A stretch of 58,132 bases of DNA from Candidatus Saccharimonadota bacterium (GTDB lineage: Bacteria; Patescibacteriota; Saccharimonadia; Saccharimonadales; OFTM59). The notes beneath the pieces were generated by a model, which worked only from the letters and a program-made list of their open reading frames with translations, did not search any database and was not told the origin of the DNA. The position numbers and the translations under genes are program-made. This document shows positions 26,518 through 35,456 of the stretch, piece after piece. Each line of letters begins with the position of its first letter. Within the stretch, counting starts at the first letter, position 1. Location: assembly GCA_029260855.1 (NCBI GenBank), contig JAJDCK010000002.1, positions 1 to 58,132 on the forward strand, read 5' to 3'.

Positions 26518-27498
26518 TTATTTGGATGTCTTGAATTTTAGATAGCGGTGCGTGGCAATAAAGGATGACGCAGCACCAATAATTATACCTACTAGTAGCT
26601 GCAAGGTCAAAATTGACCACAAGCGCTGTGAAAAAAATTCACCTGCGTACGTTATGTCTAGCAAGCCGAAACTGCTAGTACTCAGCGTAACTTGAGGAAC
26701 CGAGAGAAGCGCCTCGCATAGGCTTACTGACACAATAGCTGCCACGACACCGTATAATATACTTTCAACAATAAATGGCCCCCTTATATACCAGGTGCTC
26801 GCCCCTAGCAAACGCATAATCTTAAGCTCTTCCCGGCGATTAAATATAGCCATCTGGATTGTGTTAAGGATAATCAGCACCGATACGATCGCAAAAACAA
26901 TTACCCCTATAATTCCGATACGCTGCAACAAACGAGTGCTATTGGTAATGTTGTCAATTGCTTCCTTCCGGTCACCAGAATACGAAGTCTCGTCAGCTTG
27001 CAGCTCTTTGATCTCAGGTTTTTCTGCGTAATCACGTATGCCGTCAATTCGGTCTACATCGTAGGGCTTTATGCGCAAGAGAGCAAAAAGCGGATTATCG
27101 GTTTGAGAGATAGCCAGCAACAGGTCTATGTCGTCGTTGTTAGCCGCCTTGTACTCTTCCAGCGCCCTTTCTTTTGATACATATTCCACCGAACGAATAT
27201 TGCCCATGTTTTTTATGTCAGAAATTAATTGATCTCTGCGCTCTTCGGTTACAGAGTCTTTGAGATATACAGAGACATCAATTTTATCTTCAATCTGTTG
27301 AATCGTATGCGCAAACGTGGCGTTAGCAATGTAAGAGAACAGTATTATGCTAAGTGTAATTATCATTACGGCCACTGCAGCTATAGATAGCGAGGCGTTT
27401 CTAATAAAATTCTGACCACCGGTCTTGATAATTCGGCCAAAAGTTATCGCCTTATGGTTCCCTTGCTTTCGGGGTTTGTTGGGCTTTTTTTTAGTCAT
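26518..27498 (-). CDS. ftsX: Cell division permease FtsX
   Basis: NFIRNASLSIAA, VSVYLKD, SKERAL, NTIQMAIFNRREELKIMRLLGAS.WYIRGPF. Confidence 0.95.
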   Translation of the reverse strand: MTKKKPNKPRKQGNHKAITFGRIIKTGGQNFIRNASLSIAAVAVMIITLSIILFSYIANATFAHTIQQIEDKIDVSVYLKDSVTEERRDQLISDIKNMGNIRSVEYVSKERALEEYKAANNDDIDLLLAISQTDNPLFALLRIKPYDVDRIDGIRDYAEKPEIKELQADETSYSGDRKEAIDNITNSTRLLQRIGIIGVIVFAIVSVLIILNTIQMAIFNRREELKIMRLLGASTWYIRGPFIVESILYGVVAAIVSVSLCEALLSVPQVTLSTSSFGLLDITYAGEFFSQRLWSILTLQLLVGIIIGAASSFIATHRYLKFKTSK

Positions 27499-28187
27499 TT
27501 TGAGTCCTCGTTGTTGTACCGAGCATTCGCGCGGTCACTGACGACCCGGCCGTCACTGATAGTAATAACTCGTCTTTTTAGTTTATTCACTATGTCTTGG
27601 TTGTGAGTGGTTAAAATAACTGTTGTTCCGTAGTGGTTGATTTTTTCTAGGATCTTAATGATTTCCCATGCGTATTTGGGGTCAAGATTTCCCGTAGGCT
27701 CATCAGCTATTAGAATTTTTGGCTGGCGCACTACAGCCCTGGCAATGGCGACACGCTGGCGCTCACCGCCCGATAGCTCGCCGGTCATGCGTTTTTCCTT
27801 GCCCTTAAGACCAACGATATCCAGGACTTTAGGTACGGTGTGTGCGATCTCACGATTACCATAGCCTACAATTTCAAGAGCAAACGATACATTCTCGAAT
27901 ACATTTTTATTAGGCAGAAGCTTGAAGTCCTGAAAAACTACGCCGATTTTACGGCGCACCAGCGGTATGTCCTTATCGCGTAGTTTGTCATAGTCCAGAC
28001 CACCAACCACTATCTTGCCACTCGTAGGCTTCTCTTCTTTTGTTAGAAGCTTTAGGAGAGTTGATTTGCCCGCACCAGAGGCCCCAACGATAATAACAAA
28101 TTCGCGGGGCTCAACGTGCAAACTGATGCGATCAAGAGCTGTGTTTGTTCGGCTATATACTTTTGTTACCCTGTCCAGTAATATCAC
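27495..28187 (-). CDS. ftsE: Cell division ATP-binding protein FtsE
   Basis: Walker A GASGAGKST, VVFQDFKLLP, LSGGERQR, ADEPTGNLDP. Upstream of ftsX. Confidence 0.96.
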   Translation of the reverse strand: MILLDRVTKVYSRTNTALDRISLHVEPREFVIIVGASGAGKSTLLKLLTKEEKPTSGKIVVGGLDYDKLRDKDIPLVRRKIGVVFQDFKLLPNKNVFENVSFALEIVGYGNREIAHTVPKVLDIVGLKGKEKRMTGELSGGERQRVAIARAVVRQPKILIADEPTGNLDPKYAWEIIKILEKINHYGTTVILTTHNQDIVNKLKRRVITISDGRVVSDRANARYNNEDSK

Positions 28188-28209
28188 TCAGACATTATAG
28201 CAAAAGCAA

Positions 28210-28590
28210 TTAAACTGCGGGTGGTGGAGTTGGTGCAGCTGGTGGTTCTGGCGGTTGGGATGGTAACTCGGGAGCCGGGCTTGGGACCTGAGGTTGGTCT
28301 GGCTCTAAGGTAGGTTGAGCTGGTTCAGGTGGCATAGAATAATCTTGTGGTGCAACTGGAGCTACCGGCACAGTCTCCGGCATAGCTGGAGTTGGTTCAG
28401 AGTTTGCTACAGGAGGCCCGTCGGCTGAAGAACCTGCTGGCTCTGTTGGCGCTGAAGATACTCCGGCGACCGGTTCAGTAGGAGTGATTACTTGTGGTTC
28501 AGGCTGTCCTGATACTACTGCTGGTTGCTGCGCTGGCTCGCCCTGAGCTGGTGACATTGTTGGTGGTTGATTTTGGTCGTCTGGATTCAT
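28210..28590 (-). CDS. Pro/Gln/Ala-rich low-complexity hypothetical protein
   Basis: 126-aa ORF, predicted disordered from composition, fills the prfB-ftsE gap. Confidence 0.6.
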   Translation of the reverse strand: MNPDDQNQPPTMSPAQGEPAQQPAVVSGQPEPQVITPTEPVAGVSSAPTEPAGSSADGPPVANSEPTPAMPETVPVAPVAPQDYSMPPEPAQPTLEPDQPQVPSPAPELPSQPPEPPAAPTPPPAV

Positions 28591-28661
28591 TTTATTTCCT
28601 TTTTACTTTTTGTTTTTAAATGAATGGTCAAACTATAGCAAAACACTTATGTTTTGTCAAC

Positions 28662-29741
28662 TTAACCGTTGCCCATTGTGTGTTCCAGATAGGCTTCTAT
28701 TAGGGGGTTTAGGTTGCCATCAAGTACGCTTTCGGTGTCGCTTGTCTCGTATTTGGTACGGAGGTCTTTGACCTGTTTATAAGGATGCAGTACATACGAA
28801 CGTATTTGATTGCCCCATTCGGCTGACTGATTCGGACCCTTTAGCTGGCCTATTTGCTCAGCATGCTGCTCGATCTGTAGCTGGGCTAGGCGAGAACGCA
28901 GTATCGTCATGGCGGTTTCTTTGTTTTGTAGCTGAGAACGTTCGTTCTGGATAGCTACGGTTATACCTGTCGGCAGATGCGTAACCCTTACCGCCGAGTC
29001 GGTTGTGTTGACGCTTTGGCCGCCCTTGCCACCACTACGGTAGACATCAATTTTTAATTCTTTGTCGTCTATACTGATGTCTTCGGGCGCATCTATCTTA
29101 GGCAATACTTCAACTTTAGCAAAACTGGTCTGGCGTAAATTGTCGGAATTGAACGGACTTAGGCGGACCAGTCGATGTATGCCGTGTTCGCTTTTTAGTT
29201 TCCCGAAGGCGTAATCGCCACTAATTTCAATCGTTACGCTTTTTATGCCCGCCTCTTCACCGGCAGACTCCTCGATTGTTTTTACAGTAAACCCGTTTGT
29301 CTCAGCCCAACGCATATACATTCTTAGTAGCATCTGCGCCCAATCCTGCGCATCCGTACCGCCAGCCCCTGCATATAGGCCAAGGATGGCATCTCGGTCA
29401 TCGTATGGACCGCTTAGCTTGAGCCGGGATTTTAGTTCGTCAAAGCGTTTTTTTAGTTCTTCTATTTGTCGTGCTAGGTCGTCCGCCAAACTCTTATCAT
29501 TCAGTATAACCAAGTCGTAGATGTCACGAACCGCGCGCTCTAGTTGACGCCAGGGACTGATACGCTGCTCGAGCCGTACTTGGCGCTTCATTACATTTTG
29601 GGCGCGGATATTGTTCTGCCAAAAATCAGGCTCAGCAGAAGACTCGCGCAATTTAAGTAGCGCTTGCTCGTCATCAACGATATTTAATTGTGTTATCGCC
29701 TTCTCTACATCAACTAGAAGGTGTCTGGCGTGGTCTTCCAT
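28662..29741 (-). CDS. prfB: Peptide chain release factor 2 (single continuous ORF)
   Basis: GAGGTDAQDWA, RLSPF, GGKGGQ, NQIRSYV. Confidence 0.97.
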   Translation of the reverse strand: MEDHARHLLVDVEKAITQLNIVDDEQALLKLRESSAEPDFWQNNIRAQNVMKRQVRLEQRISPWRQLERAVRDIYDLVILNDKSLADDLARQIEELKKRFDELKSRLKLSGPYDDRDAILGLYAGAGGTDAQDWAQMLLRMYMRWAETNGFTVKTIEESAGEEAGIKSVTIEISGDYAFGKLKSEHGIHRLVRLSPFNSDNLRQTSFAKVEVLPKIDAPEDISIDDKELKIDVYRSGGKGGQSVNTTDSAVRVTHLPTGITVAIQNERSQLQNKETAMTILRSRLAQLQIEQHAEQIGQLKGPNQSAEWGNQIRSYVLHPYKQVKDLRTKYETSDTESVLDGNLNPLIEAYLEHTMGNG

Positions 29742-29805
29742 GACTGTTAATTATACTTCAAGAACCAGTTATAACTTATCCAGAAATATATGCCGGTCGC
29801 TTTGC

Positions 29806-31095
29806 CTATGACTTCCATAGTGGCTTAAGTTTGTCGTGTAGTTTGTTCACCACAGGCTCGCCAGCGTTGCCCAAAGCGCCCATTCCCCAAATATTTTCTT
29901 CAAACATTGCCTTGGCGATTGTTATAATACGATTTTTTGAAACAGCACGAATACGTTCAGGAAGCTTGTAGTAATCATCTACGACATCATCAAAGAAATA
30001 TCGGTAGCTATAGCCTGCCGCCGTACCTCCAGCCGTTTGACCGCTCCGTTGGTAGCGACCCAAAGCATATTGTTTGGCTGCGGTAACGTCATCGTCGTCT
30101 ATATCGCCCTCAAAAACAGAGTGAAGTTCTTTCATAATAATATCAAATAGTTTAGGGGCGTTTTTGGGCATAACCTGAGCACCAAACCACCAATTACTGT
30201 TATCGCGCGTCTGCCCAAAACCAGAGCTCATACTATAGACCAAGCCTTTCTCGCGAGCACTGCCAAGGATACGAGAATAAAGCGTCTCCGTCAGCATGGT
30301 GTTGATAAGACCCAGGGCGTCCGATTCTGGATCCCGCATACGGCGGGACATGAACGTATCAATATAGAAATACAAATTTTCAACCGTTTGGTTTGGTATG
30401 TATAGTGGGCTTGGTAATTTCTGAGCGACCTCTTGTGGTAGCTCCAGCCTTCCTTCGCCCCCTGGCAGCTCTGCTGCACCCAGCAAGTGGCGAATTATCT
30501 TTCGACGGGCGGGGGGCAACTGGCCCGCAATCACGAACCTCATATTGCTAGTTGTGTGCGTGCTGGTGTAGTGTTTGCGTATATCTTCCAGGGCAACATT
30601 TCTCATCATTAATAAACGTTTTTGATCTGTTAATACAGCAAACCCGTATGCTTCACGGAGAGCTAAACTCAAGTGGCGGAAATGATTATTGGATCGAGCG
30701 GTTAACTCCTCGCGAACGTTGCCGAACTCCGCCTCAAATTCATCCTGAAGAAACAAGGGTTTCGTGATAGCTATCATCATTAGATCAAGTATGCGGTCCC
30801 ATTCAAAATCTGCGCACTCGGCCTCGTATGTTATGTCGTAGGTACCGGTACTGGCGTTACAGTAGGCTCCGTTTTTTTCAAACTCCGCCTGGAAAAGACG
30901 CGCCTTAGGGATCAGTTCATTAGCACCTAATAAAACATGTTCCATAATGTGTGGGGTTTCCCACTTCTCTTTTGTGACTTGATATTCGCCTGCGCGAAAA
31001 TTCATTTCATATGTCATGACAGTGGCGTCAGGTATGTGCAAAAGAAGTCCGCGGGCGCCATTTTGCAGTACAACTTCAGTTACCGAGTGCTTCAT
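29806..31095 (-). CDS. M16 (insulinase/pitrilysin) family zinc peptidase
   Basis: Inverted zinc motif HIMEH, NASTG, downstream EEL. Confidence 0.88.
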   Translation of the reverse strand: MKHSVTEVVLQNGARGLLLHIPDATVMTYEMNFRAGEYQVTKEKWETPHIMEHVLLGANELIPKARLFQAEFEKNGAYCNASTGTYDITYEAECADFEWDRILDLMMIAITKPLFLQDEFEAEFGNVREELTARSNNHFRHLSLALREAYGFAVLTDQKRLLMMRNVALEDIRKHYTSTHTTSNMRFVIAGQLPPARRKIIRHLLGAAELPGGEGRLELPQEVAQKLPSPLYIPNQTVENLYFYIDTFMSRRMRDPESDALGLINTMLTETLYSRILGSAREKGLVYSMSSGFGQTRDNSNWWFGAQVMPKNAPKLFDIIMKELHSVFEGDIDDDDVTAAKQYALGRYQRSGQTAGGTAAGYSYRYFFDDVVDDYYKLPERIRAVSKNRIITIAKAMFEENIWGMGALGNAGEPVVNKLHDKLKPLWKS

Positions 31096-31105
31096 GGGCT
31101 GGGTC

Positions 31106-33712
31106 CTATCTCTTCTTTCGCTTTGCTTTTTGTCGCCTTTGACGTTCAGCCTTGCGAGTTTTTTTGATTTTCTCGTGCTTTTGGCGCTTTTCGGCTTTCT
31201 CTACTTTTAGCGGCACGAAGTCGGTCTCGTGGAACTCGTCTGCCTCCATAATACGGTCAGCATTATCTACCGACTTGCGGGCAGCTCTAGTCAGTTCGGT
31301 TTCTATCGGCTGGTCCAGCTCATCAGGGTTGACCGGCCGTGAATGGAAGATGGTCCGTACAACATCATGACGAAGTGTCGTCTGCATATCTTCAAATAAT
31401 CGTTGTCCTTGGCGTCTATACTCAACCAGTGGGTCTCTTTGCCCAACGCTAATCCAGTGTATACCTTCTCGCAGATGGTCCATGTTCTCAAGGTGCTGCA
31501 TCCAAAGATTGTCTAGTATCTGTAGGTAAATATCACGCTCTATTTTGCGCATAACATCTTTAGTGAACGAAACCTCCCGGCCTTCGTACAGCTCTCGCGC
31601 AGCCTCTACAAGACTTTGGCTGAACCTGTCTGCCGGGCTATCGAACAACTTGTCCAGGACCTTGTCGTCAAACGGAAATACTTCGGTTAGCGTAGTTTCA
31701 AATTGATCACTGGTTAACAAGGGCGAACTAGCTAGCGCTTGCGCCTCCTCCTGAATGTAGAGCTTAATTCGCTTACTGATGTCCTCTTGTACTAGCACGT
31801 CTCGGCGCATTGCGTACGTTGCGCGGCGGTGACGATTCATGACGTCGTCGTATTGAACAACATTTTTGCGCATATCAAAGTTGTGCCCCTCAACCTTTTT
31901 CTGGGCGCCCTCTAGGCTCTTGCTTATCACCCTGTTCTGGATAGGTGTCTCGTCATCTACCCCAAGGCGTTGCATTATTGTGCCGATGCGATCACCACCA
32001 AAAATACGCATAAGGTCATCTTCTGTGCTGACGAAAAATTGGGTCAGACCTGGGTCACCTTGGCGACCAGCACGACCACGCAACTGATTGTCTATACGAC
32101 GAGACTCGTGTCGCTCTGAACCGATAACATACAGACCGCCTAGCTCTGTTACACCCTTACCGAGCACGATGTCTGTGCCACGACCAGCAATGTTGGTGGC
32201 CAGTGTGACAGCGCCCTTTTCTCCCGCTTTGGCAACAGTTGACGCTTCGCGCTCGTTGTTTTTGGCGTTGAGGACTTGATGGGACACTTTCTTTTGCTTC
32301 AAGAGCACACTGAGCGCCTCGTTCTTTTCTATGGATGCACTACCGATCAGCACTGGTTGACCACGTTTTTGCGCGTCTTTGACTTCTTCTGCAATAGCTT
32401 TGAATTTGCCAAGCTCAGTTTTGTAGATACGGTCTGGCTTGTCGTCGCGTCTCAGCGGTTTGTTGGACGGCACCTCAATTACGTCTAGTTTGTAAATCTG
32501 ATGAAACTCTTCGCTTTCTGTCAGAGCGGTTCCGGTCATGCCTGAAAGTTTGTCGTATAAGCGGAAGTAGTTCTGGAATGAAATAGTCGCAAGCGTCATG
32601 GATTCTTCTTGGACCTCGACTCCTTCTTTGGCCTCAATCGCTTGGTGCAGGCCTTCGTTATAGCGCCGACCTTTTAGCAAGCGCCCCGTAAACTCATCAA
32701 CAATCACGACCTCGCCGTCTGACGTCACAACATAATCTTTGTCACGCTTGAAAATAGCTTGGGCTTTTAATGCCTGCTCAAGGTGATAAATTGTTCGAAT
32801 ATTATCCGTACCGTATAGGTTATCAATGCCGAGTATGCGCTGCACGTGCTCAACGCCGTCATCTGTCAGCACCACTGCACGGCGTTTTTCGTCTACTGTA
32901 TAATCTTGTTCTTTTTTAAGATTGCGTACGACTTTAGCGAATTGTGCGTAGGCGATACCACTGGTAACTGACGGGGCAGAGATAATAAGTGGCGTACGTG
33001 CTTCATCAATTAAAATAGAGTCCACTTCATCCACGATAGCGTAATTAAGTTCGCGCTGGCGTAACTGTTCTGTCTCGCGAACCATATTGTCACGAAGATA
33101 GTCGAAGCCAAACTCATTGTTGGTACCGTAAGTAATGTCTGCCCTGTAGGCTTCTTGGCGAGTACAAGGTTTCAAGTGCCGCAACCTTACGTCTTCGTGC
33201 TCTTTGTTATCAAATTTTGAATCATACACGTATGATTCGTCAGCGATTATTACACCTGTCTGCATGCCTAAGAAGTCATAAACTTGTCCCATCCAGCCTG
33301 CATCACGTCGTGCCAGATAATCGTTGACTGTGACTACGTGGGTGCCCTTACCGGTCAACGCGTTTAGATAGATTGGCAGGGTTGCAACTAGGGTTTTACC
33401 TTCTCCGGTCTTCATTTCTGCAACGTTGCCTTCGTGTAGAACCATGCCCCCTATAAGTTGCACATCAAAGTGCCTCTGGCCAAGGGTTCGCGTAGCAGCC
33501 TCGCGCGCAACAGCGAAAGCATCCGGCAATATCTTGTCTAGAGACTCTTTTTCTAGGCGCTTTTTGAGCTTGGCGGTTTGCTCTTTGAGCTGCTTGTCAG
33601 ACATTTTTTTGTACGTCTCAGCCAGCGCGTTAACATCTTTAACTCTTTTTCGGAGCCGCTTCACTGTTTTAGCTTGCGGGTCGCCTAGCACCCGTTTTAA
33701 AATCTTCTTCAT
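31106..33712 (-). CDS. secA: Preprotein translocase subunit SecA
   Basis: MKTGEGKT, VTVNDYLARRD, VDEVDSILIDEARTPLIIS, ESRRIDNQLRGRAGRQGDPG. Confidence 0.98.
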   Translation of the reverse strand: MKKILKRVLGDPQAKTVKRLRKRVKDVNALAETYKKMSDKQLKEQTAKLKKRLEKESLDKILPDAFAVAREAATRTLGQRHFDVQLIGGMVLHEGNVAEMKTGEGKTLVATLPIYLNALTGKGTHVVTVNDYLARRDAGWMGQVYDFLGMQTGVIIADESYVYDSKFDNKEHEDVRLRHLKPCTRQEAYRADITYGTNNEFGFDYLRDNMVRETEQLRQRELNYAIVDEVDSILIDEARTPLIISAPSVTSGIAYAQFAKVVRNLKKEQDYTVDEKRRAVVLTDDGVEHVQRILGIDNLYGTDNIRTIYHLEQALKAQAIFKRDKDYVVTSDGEVVIVDEFTGRLLKGRRYNEGLHQAIEAKEGVEVQEESMTLATISFQNYFRLYDKLSGMTGTALTESEEFHQIYKLDVIEVPSNKPLRRDDKPDRIYKTELGKFKAIAEEVKDAQKRGQPVLIGSASIEKNEALSVLLKQKKVSHQVLNAKNNEREASTVAKAGEKGAVTLATNIAGRGTDIVLGKGVTELGGLYVIGSERHESRRIDNQLRGRAGRQGDPGLTQFFVSTEDDLMRIFGGDRIGTIMQRLGVDDETPIQNRVISKSLEGAQKKVEGHNFDMRKNVVQYDDVMNRHRRATYAMRRDVLVQEDISKRIKLYIQEEAQALASSPLLTSDQFETTLTEVFPFDDKVLDKLFDSPADRFSQSLVEAARELYEGREVSFTKDVMRKIERDIYLQILDNLWMQHLENMDHLREGIHWISVGQRDPLVEYRRQGQRLFEDMQTTLRHDVVRTIFHSRPVNPDELDQPIETELTRAARKSVDNADRIMEADEFHETDFVPLKVEKAEKRQKHEKIKKTRKAERQRRQKAKRKKR

Positions 33713-33813
33713 TATACGCTCCCCTCTGAGTTGACTGTATCGTCAGCAATAAAGGCTATTGTACCTCATCAGGGATAAACATTGCCAGCATGATATGTTG
33801 TGTTTTGAAGTTA

Positions 33814-35007
33814 TTATCTCTGGAACCAGCGCGGGTCAAGCTCGGGCTGTTTTATGAGCTTTTTCAAATAATGTTCAAGTTGGAATGGCATCAATGATTG
33901 TAATGGGGCAGGCATATTTGTGCTGCCTGGCAGTAATTCAAACCTTTCGTATAGATAAAGTAACAAGTCCACCGCCTGTCTGAAGCGCTTCTGAACGCTA
34001 TCCGCTGATGGCATTTCGACATTTAATTCTTTGTGAAGCTGTGCAACTTCTTGAAGCTCGCAGACTGCATCTCCCTCTGCTTTCAGTTGTTTTTGATGCT
34101 CGTATAATAGCTGACTCTCGTCAATGAGAGGCTCCGCATCCCGATCGTTATCCATAACCCCTAAAAAGTGAACCGCATCCTTTGCGGTACGAGGGTCGAC
34201 ATCTGGGATGTTATCAGTAATGGCCTGTATCGTATCGTTACGATAGGGAGTCTGATGCAACGGGCCAAAAACTGATGTCCAAACATTTTGGAGGGCAGTT
34301 AATGCTTGGTCTCTTTTCGTCTCCGCCTTTTCACGTTCTTTGGTTACATTTTCTTGCACAACATCGGGTCGCATCGCAGATATTTCGCAAAATCGTTGTG
34401 GCGGAGAAATATTAATTGGGAGGATAAACTCGTAGTGTTGGCCGGATATACCTAGCAGCTTACTATTAATTTCCGCGATCTCTGTGAGTTTGGGGTGTTC
34501 TAGCCATAGTTCTTTGAGCCATGGCTTAACAACGTGTGGGCTTAGACCATTAATAATACTGGTAATTTTTTTATCCACGGAGACAGGCACTTCAATAGAA
34601 TGCTTCTCCAGGAAGCGCCGCATATCACCATCATGACTCATTATGTACGTCTTCGCAATAATGTGGGCTGATAGTGTTGCTATACGTAATGCGGTTTTAA
34701 AAAGTACAGACTGGGTTCTTATCGCATCGTCGTAGCCTTTTGGAGCCTCGCCATCCCATTCCCGAAATCCTGCCATATTAGATTGCGGGTCAATCGTATC
34801 AAGCGCCGAATGAGCATCACTGCCAGCATTGTGGCTATCGGCAATCAGTAGCGCTCCCGCCCATTGAGCGCGCTCTAACTCTTCAAAGACTTGGGGCTCA
34901 CTTAAATCATGCCCCTTAAGCAAACTTTCAAGGCCAGTTACTACATTGGCCTGGCAATACTGCGACAGCCCCTCGGAGGCGCCGACAGCCTCACTCATCT
35001 GGCTCAT
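33814..35007 (-). CDS. Hypothetical protein inserted between hpf and secA
   Basis: 397-aa ORF with SD GAGGAG and its own promoter. No family recognised. Confidence 0.7.
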   Translation of the reverse strand: MSQMSEAVGASEGLSQYCQANVVTGLESLLKGHDLSEPQVFEELERAQWAGALLIADSHNAGSDAHSALDTIDPQSNMAGFREWDGEAPKGYDDAIRTQSVLFKTALRIATLSAHIIAKTYIMSHDGDMRRFLEKHSIEVPVSVDKKITSIINGLSPHVVKPWLKELWLEHPKLTEIAEINSKLLGISGQHYEFILPINISPPQRFCEISAMRPDVVQENVTKEREKAETKRDQALTALQNVWTSVFGPLHQTPYRNDTIQAITDNIPDVDPRTAKDAVHFLGVMDNDRDAEPLIDESQLLYEHQKQLKAEGDAVCELQEVAQLHKELNVEMPSADSVQKRFRQAVDLLLYLYERFELLPGSTNMPAPLQSLMPFQLEHYLKKLIKQPELDPRWFQR

Positions 35008-35030
35008 CGTACTTATACTCCTCTATTCTC

Positions 35031-35077
35031 TGATATAGATATATATATCTATATCATATTATGTTCGCATTTGTCAA
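35031..35077 (-). promoter_or_regulatory. Promoter with perfect 26-bp palindrome over the -10 region
   Basis: TTGACA 35077-35072. TGATATAGATATATATATCTATATCA (35031-35056) is its own reverse complement. Confidence 0.6.
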
Positions 35078-35090
35078 GTCGCGTCTTACG

Positions 35091-35456
35091 TCAAGCTCCG
35101 GTGCGACGGTGGAGGCGGGCCAGGACTCTTCTGTGCAAACGCTGGGTGTTGTGTTTTTCTTTGTATTTTTTTAGATGGGTTTTTAATTTGGCTTCTACGA
35201 TATCTACCGCAGCAAAGGGGTTAAGAGTTGTTTCTTTGATGGTGAATGCCTCCCCTGGCAGGTTCAAAATAACTTCGCAAGTATGTAGTCTCCTGGCTTT
35301 TGCTTTTGTTTCTTTGATCAAGATTTCGGCGTGAGCCGATTCACGCGCATGCCTGGGCATATAACGGTCGACTTTACCTATTTTTCTGAAAATGTATTTT
35401 TTAAGTTCATCTGTGATAGTTGTGTGCACGCCACTGATTTTCAATTTTTTTATCAT
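35091..35456 (-). CDS. hpf: Ribosome hibernation promoting factor (short HPF/RaiA)
   Basis: ISGVHTTITDELKKY..RKI.KV, CEVIL.LPG, FAAVD....KL...LKKYKEK. Confidence 0.9.
   Translation of the reverse strand: MIKKLKISGVHTTITDELKKYIFRKIGKVDRYMPRHARESAHAEILIKETKAKARRLHTCEVILNLPGEAFTIKETTLNPFAAVDIVEAKLKTHLKKYKEKHNTQRLHRRVLARLHRRTGA

Noticed and set aside
35044-35071. dif-like site (TTATGTT resembling the XerD arm)
   Set aside because: Only 7 of 11 XerD-arm bases match and there is no plausible XerC arm. Better explained as promoter DNA.
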